Part shown: one piece after another, positions 38,913 through 50,904 of the stretch
Position numbering within the stretch: position 1 is the stretch's first letter
Layout: each line of letters begins with the position of its first letter
NCBI GenBank assembly: GCA_030264375.1
Contig: JASCQW010000032.1
Location: 54,898,225-54,962,224, forward strand
Origin: Carcharhinus longimanus
Taxonomy: Eukaryota
DNA: 64,000 bases
Direction: 5' to 3'
Notes under the pieces: model-generated
What the model saw: the letters and a program-made list of their open reading frames with translations, nothing else
Database searches by the model: none
Told to the model about the DNA's origin: nothing
Program-made: the position numbers and the translations under genes

Positions 38913-41900
38913 AAATGAAAGAACATTTGCTTTAATCAATCCTATTAGTTTTGTTGTCTTTATTACAGAACATAATGAGTTCCTTCTGGATGGTAATCTA
39001 TCTCTGCAACAATACATTCATTTATCAGAAGCATTCATCTTTTGTGGAATTACTAATGCAATATTAAGAACAATTTCCTGACGCAAAATTTTTATCATCA
39101 TTTTAACTGAATTGGAAAAACATCTGAAATATAAATTGTTTGCTATGGTCTTCAGATAGTCTTTATTAAGCTGTGACTATACCGTGCTACTGATCTGGGA
39201 TTCGTATTTACAGATTCGATTTGCACCTTAGTAGCACTTGATTTTACACTGTCAGGTAACGGTGCCATTGTCACATCTAGGGGACAGCTCTGCAAAGTAC
39301 TTACCAGGCATCCTGCCTGATTTTAAATATTTTGAAAGGATGGATAATCACATCTACTTCTTCAAAATAGCTTTGAAATATTCAGCTTTGCATCCTCAAA
39401 CACTTAACAGAAATAGTGAGTCGTCAGGCATCGTATGTGTTGGCTATATTTCTGTGTTGGTGCCTTCACCATTCTGAACCCTCACCTGTACCAACTCCAT
39501 TATCTGCCATCCTTGTGTTGAATTCAAATATTTTTCCTTTCACTTTGGTTTTAATTATTTCAAGTTGCGTCTGACACATGGGCAAATTCTAATTGTTTTT
39601 ATCCCCCCTTTTTCACATTTGTTTCAAAGCTTTATTGTTAAAATGACCATAAAGACTTTTAAAATATGGCATGCCTTCTTGTGTAAATATCTGTTCCAGA
39701 TTGTGGTGAAGGAGCAGCAAGTCTCATGCAAAGGGATTGGCTAAAGAGCATCTGATTGCCTGATTTAAATACCCAGCACAGTTGCAGGACAAATATGTGT
39801 TTCTGTGATTTGTCCTCTGCTCTTGTAGACGATCAGGATCGTAGTAGCAGGATTTGACCTCTGGTTGAACCTCACTGCCCTTTGAAGCAGGTTGGAAATG
39901 AGTCCTTAGTGTCACACGACAGCTACGTTACATGCAATGCCATCTGCAGTTCTGCACTGGTCATCTGGTCAGGAACCGAGGCAGTGCCTTGTTAAACATG
40001 ATACCCTGAGATCTAAATTTTAAGAGCTTCTTTTAGGATGAAATTTGCCCTTCAAGGTCAACCTTATTGCTGCCAGTTCTTGACTTCCACAGCCAATGAA
40101 TATGAGTAACAAAGGGCTGGGGGTTCATGAACTCTGACCCTATCACTTACACTAAATCAGGATCTGAATATAACCTCGGTTGTCACAGCTAATGACTAGG
40201 GATGGGGGTTGGCTGGGGTTACAGGGGTTGGGGAACAGTGCGAGCAGAGAGGTGCATACATTCATATTACACACATTGATTGTATATTTGTCTGTCTTTC
40301 TCTTTTGGCAAAAGCAAGTGTTTCTTTGTGTAATCTCTAATTTGTTCCCTTGGGAATGCTTATAAATATATGGCTATTTATGAACATCTGGGAATGATTA
40401 TAACATGATAATATAAATCACATAAAACTTGCATTTCTGAGATTAATCTACTATTTCTGGTATCCATTATTAGCTGCACTATGGGGTGACATTTTTGTCA
40501 GTTTTTGCAGTAAATCTGGTGCAAGTATTAACTATCAGCACATGCCCTATTATTGCATTGTGGATTTAAACAAAAAGAAAAACAATGGAATGATTATAAT
40601 TACTGGAGTTTAATCAGAATATATTCTGAGGTCAGAATTCAATGTATTATTTGATAAGTATTAATAGGCCGAATTTTGTGACCATCTTCTCCTTTCAGAC
40701 TCAGGATAGTAGGCGTTGGAGAGGGCATGGCAGATAGAAATTGGGCACCATGTTATCTGCACCACTCCTGTTACTTAATCACCCAATCCTGCTCCGACTG
40801 AAATTCTACCAGTGGCAGGGGAGGCATTGTGTTCTCTGTCACCCTTGGGTCAATTGAGGCATTTGTATGGCCAGGGCTTGCCAGGCTGACCCGATGTGAC
40901 ATCCCAAAATTGCTTTCAAGTCCACTTGCTTCCTTGGTGGACCAGCTGCAAGCCCCAGCAATGGCACTACACATAGTGGCGCTGCTTGGACTGGAGGACA
41001 ACACGCCATTTTTTTGTCTGGCAGCTTTCAGAGGTGGTGCTTCCTCTTCAATGAAGACAGCAGTCTCTTCTGAGGTAGTTAAATGCTATTAAATGGCTGT
41101 GGAGCAAACTTGTTACGTTGGGAGCTGGGTCACTCCCAACTTTTGCACCAGGAAATGAGAAACCTAAACATAAAATTCAGCCTCTAATCTCTCAGAACAG
41201 ATATAGGTGAGGGAGGGTAATTGGATATAGATGGGTGTGAATGTTTGTGGCCAGATGGAGATTTGTGGCATCCAGGCACAAAGGGAGGAGTGCAGCAGCA
41301 AGAAGTGTTGTTCTGAGGAGTTCCAAGAATGCTGGGAAAATCAGAGTGTGTAAGTTGGCATCTGAAAGTCCTTTGCCACCCCCCTTCCTGCTCTCTTGAG
41401 GTACTGCATCCTCTTGGTGCACTGTCAGCAGGTTTGAGGGGCTGGACTCCTGCTGCTGACTGCCTCAACTATTTCCATCCACATTTGCTCTTTCACCCAT
41501 TCTTGGGGTAACTTGCCTCACTGCCTGCAACCCCTCACATCCCACAACAGGTAAGTAAGAGCGAGGGGCCTGGAACGCAGCCTTCATAGATCTCTTCTCC
41601 ATTCCTGTAGTTATTAAAGCCTGAAAAATCCAAGTCCCGTTGACCCATTCTAACCCACACCATTGTATGTTCAATTAGAAACTCTTTCTTTGATTGTAAT
41701 TATTGGAGTTCAGTCAAAAAATAATCTTAGGTCAGAATTCTATTATACAATAACTGGTAAGTATCAATTGGCTGAATTTCACTGCCCCTTCCCCTACTGG
41801 TGGGATAGCAAGTCGTGGTGGGGGTTGTAAAATTAGGCACGATGCCAGTGGCTTCACTCCTGTCACCTATCCCTGCCCCTGCCAAAACTGTACCAACAGT

Positions 41901-42189
41901 AAGGGAGGCATTGTGTAGCCCGCATATCTGAGCTAATTAAGATCCTTGTGAGGTCAATTAATGGCCACTTAAAGGCCACCTCTTATCACCATTGGGATTT
42001 TACCTGTGGTGAGAAGAGACCAGCACCAACCAATCCAGCTCTTCATCCTGCCCACCCTTCCTGATCAGCCCAGGAAAGAAGGAGCTTGAATGTTAATGCT
42101 ATCAGTTAAAGAATCTTGGCAAAACCCACTGATGGAGTTCACAACCCACTTGTGGTCCTGCTACTTCAGGGAACCAAGCTGAGAAAATT

Positions 42190-42615
42190 CCACATTTATA
42201 TTCCAATTCCTTTGTAATAAAGGCAAAAATACCATTTATGTTTCCCATTGGTTGCTGTACTTGCATGTCAGCTTCCTGTGGTTTGGGCACCCAAGGGCAC
42301 CCAAGCCTGGCTAAATACCCAAATATCCTAGTCACTGACCATTTAAAGAATATTCTGCTCTTGTGTTTTTCCTATCAGAGCAATAAGTTCATATTTTTCC
42401 ATCTTATATTCCATCTGCGTTGTTCTTGCCTCCTTGTTTAACCTACCTATATATCCCTTTCCTCCCTCCTCACAAGTTAATTCCAAATGCTAACTCTGAA
42501 TGGTAAACAAGCTTGGATACATTACTCTTGGTCCCCTCACCTGAGAAATTGATGAAGATTGTAAATTACTGGTGTCCTAGCACTGATCCTTGTGGTACTC
42601 CACTAGATACAGAAT
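42190..42615 (-). mobile_element. CR1 RT fragment
   Basis: - strand VPQGSVLG and MQVQQ...AFITKELEYK. Confidence 0.78.
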
Positions 42616-42629
42616 GAATGGCAAGCTTT

Positions 42630-44455
42630 AGAATGAAGCTGCAGGCATTTCCAGGATGGTGCTGGTCTGACGTGTCTTGTTGAACATTGTGTAGCTGTGT
42701 AGACTGTAGCTCCAAGAGGAAGGAGCTGATGAGCACTCTGCAGCGTTGGAAGAGGAGGAGGAATCTGCAGTCAGAGAGTTAGGTGCCAGGGAAGTCCAAG
42801 ACAGACTGATGCATTCTTCAGTTAATCTCTTGCAAGGCATCCACCTGGCATACCAATTCTGAGCCCAGTGTGGCACCCACTGCCCTTGAACTCCCAGAAC
42901 AAAGCAATCCCACAAGCAACAGTTCATTACTCTCACAGACACACATCTCTTGTCTTCAACTCCCTTCATATCATTCTTCACATGGCAAAGGCCACCTGGT
43001 GGGTGAGAGGGAAAAATAGGGAACATGGGACAACAAAACTTTGAAATAAATTATATGACTCAATGACATTAAATAGACATGAAAATTAGCACAGTGTTAT
43101 ACACCTGACTGAATATCCTTGTGCAACCAGAAATATTCCCCTTCCCTTTTTGTAGTACTCTTACATGGTACAATCGCAATGGTTTCAGTAGATTGCACGT
43201 TGCTAGAATTCGTGTTATGACTGCTCCATTGCTGTTGGTCAATATCCTCTGGGTTTTGGAGTCATTGGGACATAAGACAACATGCAGGACTCCGAGTGGG
43301 ATGTGAGGGATCGGGAGTGAAAGCACTTTGAGCAGAGTTCCACATGACCTGTCTCCATCTTTCCTTGCCTGGCATACCCATACTTCCCTGCTCCCCAAGA
43401 CTGGGAGTACTTTGCTGCATCTCAATGAGGCACTGAATAGTCAAGGTGAGGTTTGATTCCATTCTGCTTAAGATGGCAATCTGAGTGTGCAGACAATTGA
43501 TCAGGATGAGCATTCATTCAATTGCCTGCTCTGTCTGATGCTCCATGCAGGTGACCATTCTGTTCATGTATATGAAATTCTGAGACATCGTGCCAGAGAC
43601 TGATTCCTCCATTGTTCCTGTAGTGGTGCCCAGTGCCTCTGGAAAGGCTGACAGAATCTCACACATTATCTGCAGCTCTTCTTCATCAAAAACCCCTGGG
43701 GGTCCACATCTGTGACCAGCTGATCAGGGCCTGGAAAATGCTGCCACCTCCAGTGGTGACTTGCCACCGCTGTCCCTGTCTCCAACAGCTGCCTCTACTT
43801 ACTTGTAAAGTGTGTTTTACTGTATGTCAACCCACCTACCTGTTTTGGAGGATCCAACCAGGTGGATGTACCTGCTATACATACAGACAGCATTGGAAGG
43901 TGCACATGAATCATGTGAAAGCCCATCCTCAGAATAAATGCCTTCAAAGGAATCTTCAACCTCCTCAGGCACATCCCCTGATGGGTGCCTGGACAAGCTG
44001 TGGGAGATGAAAGATGCAAAGTGGAATTGACAAGGTGAGTAAGTCCTAAGTCATTAATGTGCAGATATACATGCCATAATATGCCAGTGGCTTCCATTAT
44101 CAATTCAACATAAGAGACTTTATAAGCCATGTGGTTAGTTTTGTTACCAAGATGTACTGGGGAGACATTCATCTCTCCACCAACAAATGGCCATGCTTGC
44201 TGAGACCCATTGTTGCTATTGTGTCCTCCTCAACAGCTGAAAAGTGTCGATGAGGATGACTGCTGTCTCTCCCTGGCGCTCTGTGCTTCTTGGGGCAGAA
44301 CAAAGAGACTAATGAGTGCAAGGAGTGGAATATTTTGAGAGAATGGATGGAGAACATTTGTGGAGGGTGACTGTGAGGGATGGGGCATGGCATTGTGTGA
44401 GTTTCAGTGCTGGCTGGTTGGATTGGAGATGCACGGAGGCGATGTGTGATGATAG
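42630..44455. mobile_element. Harbinger relic: transposase C-terminus (+) tail-to-tail with accessory gene remnant (-)
   Basis: 42645-42825 reads ISRMVLV*RVLLNIV followed by an acidic tail, resembling HARBI RIVVVCCxLHN. The downstream region resembles 31.6-32.7 kb. Confidence 0.45.
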
Positions 44456-44530
44456 TGTAGTGGTAATGTTACTGGGCTAACAATTCAGAGGCTCCAGGAT
44501 AATCCTCTGGAAACATGGATTCAAATCCTA
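44456..44530 (+). mobile_element. 5' part of a tRNA-derived SINE head, continuing at 49606-49642
   Basis: gtggtaatgttactgggcta..ggattcaaatccta resumes as ttcaaatcctaccacagcaactggtgaa. Confidence 0.7.
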
Positions 44531-44716
44531 TGCATGATGTGGAGGTGCTGGCATTGGACTGGGGTAAACACAGCAAGAAGTCTCACAACACCAGGTTAAA
44601 GTCCAACAGGTTTATTTGGTAGCAAAATCCACTAAGTTCTGGGGCGCTGCTCGTTCGTCAGGTAAGTGGGAGTTCTGTTCACAAACAGGGCACTTAAAGA
44701 CACAAACTCAATTTAC
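44531..44716 (-). mobile_element. Penelope-like terminus (left arm)
   Basis: Reverse complement of 49458-49606; hammerhead degenerate. Confidence 0.85.
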
Positions 44717-44741
44717 TCAATGTACCACACTTTAGGAAGTA

Positions 44742-44895
44742 CAAAGAACAAAGAACAAAACAGTCCGGGAAACAGGCCCTTTGGCCCAACGAGCCCATGC
44801 CGCCATTTTAACATTACAAGTCCCCCCTCCACCCATGACCCTTATCTATGCTTATGGCATTCCACATTGAGGGAAAACTAATTTAGGGACAATTT
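44742..44895 (-). repeat. SINE/CR1-tail-like repeat A, direct copy at 49104-49243
   Basis: (caaagaa)n tail and ggaaacaggccc; the last ~60 nt are identical between copies. Confidence 0.85.
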
Positions 44896-45937
44896 NNNNN
44901 NNNNNNNNNNNNNNNNNNNNNNNNNNNNNNNNNNNNNNNNNNNNNNNNNNNNNNNNNNNNNNNNNNNNNNNNNNNNNNNNNNNNNNNNNNNNNNNAATGA
45001 CATCTGCCCATCCCCCCACCCTCCCCCATGGCAAGAGTGACCCCTAAAGCTGTACTTGTGTATTCCCAGTGTTCTCCCTGGTTCCCTTGAATATTGGATA
45101 GGCTGAGGGTAAATGGCTGCCTGAACGCTCACCTCCAATATCCCCCTCAGAGGCGAAGGCACCAGGTTCACACTTAAGTCGAGCTGTTGTAAATAGTGCA
45201 TACCGAATTTTCGTTATGGGCTCAATATCTAGAGTGTTTGCTAATGAATCAAAATAAGATTCCTGGCATTCTGCAGTGTGTTCTGCATCACTCCGCTAAA
45301 CGAGAATCAAAATTCAAAACTCTGGATTTTGAGCACACGTCGCCATTCCCACAAGATAGTCAAGATTCCAGCCGTAAGATTGAGGAAATAAATATTTTTG
45401 TGTTGGCTGCAATGAGTCACATCAGGAGCTTTTTATTTGACATATTTTCCATTTTGTCTTGGATGTGATTTACACTTGCAAAGCTGCCATTGCAATGATG
45501 CTTGACTGGCATGTGTTCCTCGTGTTTCAGAAAAGAGCAACTTATCATTTCACAAGGAAACTGAAAACATTATTTAAAAATTTGTATCCTATATTTGTGG
45601 TGGCTTACAGGTAGTGAATATCAACATTTGCAGTGCAGTGTTATCAGACTTAGTGTAATGTGAACATGAAGTGTAATTTCTAATCTGACGTGCTTGGAAT
45701 ATCTGTCATGTGTAAACTAAGTGTTACTTGTCTATTTGTGATCAGCTCTTCCAACTTTATGCATTGTGAATGAATTCAAGTTTTCAATATTATCCCAGCG
45801 TAAGTATTTGTAGTTTTGTGTGATTTTTGTAAACAATACAAAAACGTACAGTGGTGAAAGGAGCATAGATATAATCAAACTAATAGAAATAATTAGAACA
45901 ATTTCATCTAATTAAATCAACCTTGAATCATAGAATC

Positions 45938-46058
45938 TCACCTGATGAAGCAGCAGTACTCCGAAAGCTTGTGCTACCAAATAAACCTGTTAAATTTTAA
46001 GCTGGTGTTGGGACTTCTTACTGTGCCTATCCCAGTCCAACGCCGGCATCTCCACATT
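45938..46058 (+). mobile_element. Penelope-like terminus
   Basis: Hammerhead motif then caaataaacctgtt..ctggtgttg..gacttcttactgtg..cccagtccaacgccggcatctccaca. Confidence 0.85.
45939..45973 (+). ncRNA. Minimal type I hammerhead ribozyme motif
   Basis: cac-CTGATGA-a-gcag(cagta)ctcc-GAAA-gc-TT-gtg; one stem II mismatch. Confidence 0.6.
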
Positions 46059-46257
46059 ATAGAACCTTCACTACTCTTTACTGCTGCAAACAACTGAAAT
46101 GGAAAAACACTGGCTGTTCAAGCTTTATTGAGAATAATTTATTTATTTAGAATAAGTGAAACAGCCTTCATCTAGTTATGCTTTCTGGTTCTGCTGTTCA
46201 AAAAAGCATTATGCTTTTTAAACTAAGCTGTTTAACCAACTATTTTTCTGCCTTTCA

Positions 46258-46392
46258 AAGAACAAAGCAAATTATAGCATAGGAACAGGCCCTTGGGTCC
46301 TCCAAACCTGCACTGACCATGCTGCCTGACTGAACCAAAACCCCCTATCCTTCCAGGGACTGTATCCCTCTATTTACATTATATTCATGTTT
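46258..46392 (-). mobile_element. CR1 3' tail
   Basis: caaagaacaaag..aggaacaggccctt..tatccctctatt. Confidence 0.7.
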
Positions 46393-48192
46393 CCGTTCCA
46401 GAAGTTAGCGCTCCAGAATTGAAGGAGAGTTAACTTTGCTGGCTGGAACAGAACATAGTCATACCTCAATGGACAATCTGCAAGAGCGTACTTTCAGCTA
46501 TAAAAGTTGTAAACTCCCTACAGAGATGACAGTACACATTGCAGAATTTACCCCTTGTTCCATATGTCCCATAGCTGTTGGCAATTGTTGAATTAGGTCC
46601 TCAATTTCCAAAAGCCTGACTCCTGTTTGGAGAGTCCAAATTTGAAATGTAGAAGTAACAAAGATCTATTCTGTTTTATCAGTCGTTGGTCAGGAAAAAA
46701 GATGTTTATTTTTCACGTAATTTGTCAAATCGCTTACAGACTTATAAACTTTGAACCAAGTTCAGTGGATTTTGTGCAAACGCTTTTGAATGGTGACATA
46801 CGTAACTGTTCATGTGCTGTGCTGTCATCTGAGAAGTGCTCTTGTTTTGTCTCAGTTCAAGATCTGTGTACCCCAGGTATTGGGATCTAGAAAGATGGTG
46901 ATCTCTCTCACTCAGTACAGTTCCTCAGCCAGGAGAGAGTGGAAAAGCCACTTGTTAGGGCTCCTTTTCTAGCCCCCTCCCCATTTGGGTATCCTCAAGA
47001 GGACACTTCAGTCACACATGCTATTGCTTGAAGTCACCTCTATTCCAAAAGAGATGTCCAGTAACTTTCATGCAATTGTCACTTGTGTGAAGATTCTTGG
47101 ACTAGGGACTCCCAGGTTAACAGCCCTTCTCTGTTGCCAGTCCTCCATTACCACAGGATTGGGGAATTAGACCTTGGCATGTGGTTTTAATTAACATGGG
47201 ACTATAGGGCACCATCATTTGAGGGCATGTGGACAGTGGCTTGGTGATCAGATTTCCATAAAGTGTCAAACTACCCAAGATACCTGGCCACTGCAACCAC
47301 CTTCACAACTGATGAGATGCACAGTCTTCCTTTTGTTTGTTTGCTGTTCAGGACTTTTTTACATTGCACTTTTCTGGCACCTCCATTTCACTTGGGCCAG
47401 CTATGACACCTAACTAGGTGCAAGGAACTCCTGATGGCATTGCTCAAGGGATCGTCGGTATCCAGGAGCCTCTCCTCCAGATTATGGTGGTTATCCACAG
47501 TGAAGGATTTTCACAATGCTTGACATGATTTTCCTTTTATTGGGAGTTTCTTCAGAAAGGGTAACAAAATAAGTACGTTTGACTCTGTTTCTAGCTATCT
47601 AATACAATTTTTCCTTCATAAAAAATATAATACAGTTTTTCAATGAAGGCCATTGACCAGAACTATAAACTGGTATTTTGGGAAGAATCATCGCATTGAT
47701 GGCTCAAGTGGAAAATATCATTGATTGTCCACCAATTTCATTAGTGTGTTATTTATACAGGGCACTCCAATGACCATACTTGAGTCCAGCGTGCCTGTCT
47801 TCCTCTCCTGTATATTTTTATTTGTATGAAAAAACTTATCCATTTTGTGAAATTAATGTGTTAAATTTGTTTAGATTTAAGCAATGTGCTGCATTGGAAG
47901 TACTTTTCTTGTTTGGTGAAAACATTTTGAGGATGGATATTATTGGAAAGAAAAAGCTAATACCGCGTATGTTCTTTAATGTTTCTAAAGCACACAAAAA
48001 TGTCAGGATGTTAATAAACAAGAGATGTGCTGACTACTTGTCTTTAAACTTCATCTTGAATAAAAAATGAAGCTGCAATCCTGAATTATTCTGCTATTTT
48101 CTTTCCATATCTGTTTTCTCCTGGTGGTATAATGGCACAAACATGCTGGCCTTCTGGGGTGTCCATTATACAGCTGCCATTTAGGGACACTT

Positions 48193-48452
48193 CATAGAAT
48201 CATACAGCACAGTAGGTGACTGCTCACCCCATTATATCTGTTTGCCTATTGAAAGAGCCATCCAATTTGGTGCTCTTAAGTGCTGCAAATTTATTTTTGA
48301 AACGTGTATCCAATTCACTTGGTAGGTTGAATCTACTTCCATCACCTTTTCAGGTGGTGCCTTCCAGAATATCACAACTTTTTGTGTAAAAAAAAAGTAG
48401 TCCTAAAGCTTATGCTGCCAAATAAACCTGTGTTGTGAGACTTCTTACTGGG
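48193..48452. mobile_element. CR1 3' tail (-) followed by a short Penelope end (+, 48402-48452)
   Basis: catagaatcatacagcacag...; aaagcttatgctgccaaataaacctg..gtgagacttcttactg. Confidence 0.65.
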
Positions 48453-49457
48453 CTCGAAGACTGCAGGAGTAAGTCAGGTAGTGTTTGGGAGATTGCTATG
48501 GCTTTTCTTTTTGTTCTCCACTTCTTTTAAGTAAACGATTAGCTAGGAATGCTGTAACTAATTACAAAGCTCAGAGAACAGCTAACTCAACACAGACTGC
48601 TTGGGGATCAGACCTGGCAATCTTTAGCTATTTTTTCTTATCTGTTCATTAAATAAATTTGTCCTGCAATCAAGGGAGCCGTTCAGTTTTTCATTGAATT
48701 GTTCACTATAGTTCAGTTTGCTGATTTAATTGACATGTGAACCTATGACATGTTTGTAAGTTGCATTTGTGCTCTACAGAGAAATATTTATAAATAAATG
48801 ACAATGTGAAAAAGCTCCTTTTTATGATACTTGCCATGTTGAAAAATAGGACTGCAGTTATACTTCATTGAAATAATTGACAAATTGAAAGTGACCTGGA
48901 TGTTTATTGTAACAGGTTGTGTGTGGTAACTAACATCTTTGGTACTTAATTTGTTAAAACCATTAATTTATTAGTGTGCTAACCAGAAAAGGAATGTAAT
49001 CTGAAATGAAGTAAGCAAATAACTTAGCCTCAAAGCACACTGACATGGAAAACATTTATTGTTAGTAGTGAGAAAATTTGTTATTGTTTTCACGTTTATA
49101 GATCAAAGAACAAAACAGCCTGGGAAACAGGCCCTTTGGTCCAACGAGCCCGCGCCGCCATTTTCACATTACGAGTCCCCCTCATGACCCTTATCTATGC
49201 TTATGGCATTCCACATTGAGGGAAAACTAATTTAGGGACAATTTATTACACCAATCAGCCTATCAGTATGTGAAATCATTAGGGAGGGTGCAGAAACAAT
49301 TCACAAGGGATCCCAGGTATAAGGAACTACAGTTCATTGTGCTAGAAACTATGATCCCTGCTCACAGAAAACAGCTCTCAGGACTCCAAGCTTTTTGGCA
49401 GTCTACTTGTCAGTGACTTTTTAATTCAATCACTTCATTTTCATCTGTTTACTCAAC

Positions 49458-49606
49458 GTAAATTGTGTTTGTGTCTTTATATGCCCTGTTTGTGAACAGA
49501 ACCCCCACTTACCTGACGAAGGAGCAGCACTCCGAAAGCTAGTGGATTTTGCTACCAAATAAATCTGTTGGACTTTAACCTGGTGTTGTGAGACTTCTTA
49601 CTGTGT
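49458..49606 (+). mobile_element. Penelope-like terminus (right arm)
   Basis: Inverted match to 44567-44716; intact hammerhead core. Confidence 0.88.
49509..49545 (+). ncRNA. Minimal type I hammerhead ribozyme motif with intact core
   Basis: ttac-CTGACGA-a-ggag(cagca)ctcc-GAAA-gc-TA-gtgg: CUGANGA and GAAA boxes, stem II, palindromic AGCU at stem III, CUA cleavage triplet, short stem I. Confidence 0.72.
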
Positions 49607-49654
49607 TCAAATCCTACCACAGCAACTGGTGAAATTAACAACATTGGGTGCATA

Positions 49655-50800
49655 AATCACTGAAAAGTGACAGGACAGGTTGAGAGAGCAGTTAATAAAG
49701 CATACCGTACCCTGGGCTTTATTAGTAGGGGCATAGAGTACAACAACAAGGAGGTAAGTCACTAGTTCAGCCTCTGCTGGAGTATTGCTTCCAGTTCTGA
49801 GCATCACATTTTAGGAAGTATGTGAAAACATTAGGGAGGGTGCAGAAACAATTTTCAAGGGATCCCAAGCATAAGGAACTACAGTTCATCGTGCCAGAGA
49901 CTATGATCCTTGCTCACAGAAAAGGAGTTCAACAACTCTCAGGAAGCTAAGTTTTTTGGCTGTCTAGTTGTCAGTGACTTTTTAATTCAATCACTTCATT
50001 TACATCTGTTTTCCACGTTTCTCTCAATTCACAGAATTGTTACAGTTCCTTATGTTTGGAACAGGGTGGCACAGTGGTTAGCACTGCTGCCTCACAGCGC
50101 CAGAGACCTGGGTTCAATTCCCAGCTTAGATCACTGTCTGTGTGGTGTTTGCATGTTCCCCCGTGTTTGCGTGAGTTTCCCCTGGGTGCCCCTGTTTCCT
50201 CCCACAATCCAAAGATGTATGGGTTAGGTGGATTGGCCATAATTACCCCTTAGTGTCAGGGGGGCCAGCTAGGGTAAATACAGGGGGTTATAGGGATAGG
50301 GTCTGGGTAGGATTATGGTCGCTGCAGACACGATGGGCTGAATGGCCTCCTTCTGCACTGTAAGATTCTATGATCATAAAGATAAGAGTAGAGAAGTTAT
50401 GACTGTTTTTTTTCACAGGGAGAATAAGGTTGAGAGGAGATTTGATCAAGGTGTTCAAAATCATGGGTCTGGGCAGAGTAGATAAGGAGAAACTGTTTCC
50501 ACGCATGAAAAGATCGTGGGGCCACAGGTTTAAAGTAATTAGTAAAAGAAGCAAAAGTGATATGAGAGGAAAACTTTTTATGCAGTGAGTGGTTAGAGTT
50601 TGAAATGCACTGCCTAATAGTGTGGCAAGAGGCAGATTCAATTGATGCATCCAGAAGAGAATTAGAAAAGGAAGTCTGTGTAGTATTTTAGGGAGAAGTT
50701 AGGGGAACGGCACTGGGTGAATTGCTCATTCAGCGAGCCAGGGAAGAAAGATGGGCCAAATGGACTCCTTTTGAACTGTAACAATTCTGTGGTTCTGTGA
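49655..50800 (+). mobile_element. CR1 LINE 3' part, interrupted at 49888-50385
   Basis: LGFISRGIEY..LEYCFQF, resuming RLRGDLIKVFKIM and ending in tail ctgtaacaattctgtggttctgtg. Confidence 0.85.
50060..50373 (+). mobile_element. HE1-type SINE, tail type A
   Basis: ggtggcacagtggttagcactgctgcctcacagcgccagagacctgggttcaattcc ... gggctgaatggcctccttctgcactgtaagattctatga. Confidence 0.93.
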
Positions 50801-50904
50801 ATTGATTGACAGACCTGGAAAACAGATGCAAATGAAGTGATTGAGTTAAATCGTCATTGACAACCAGATTGCTGAAAAGCTTGGGTTCCTCCTTTCTGTG
50901 AGCA

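Noticed and set aside
50060-50135. tRNA-like A/B boxes here and in other SINEs
   Set aside because: They continue into SINE core and tail sequence, so they are not tRNA genes.
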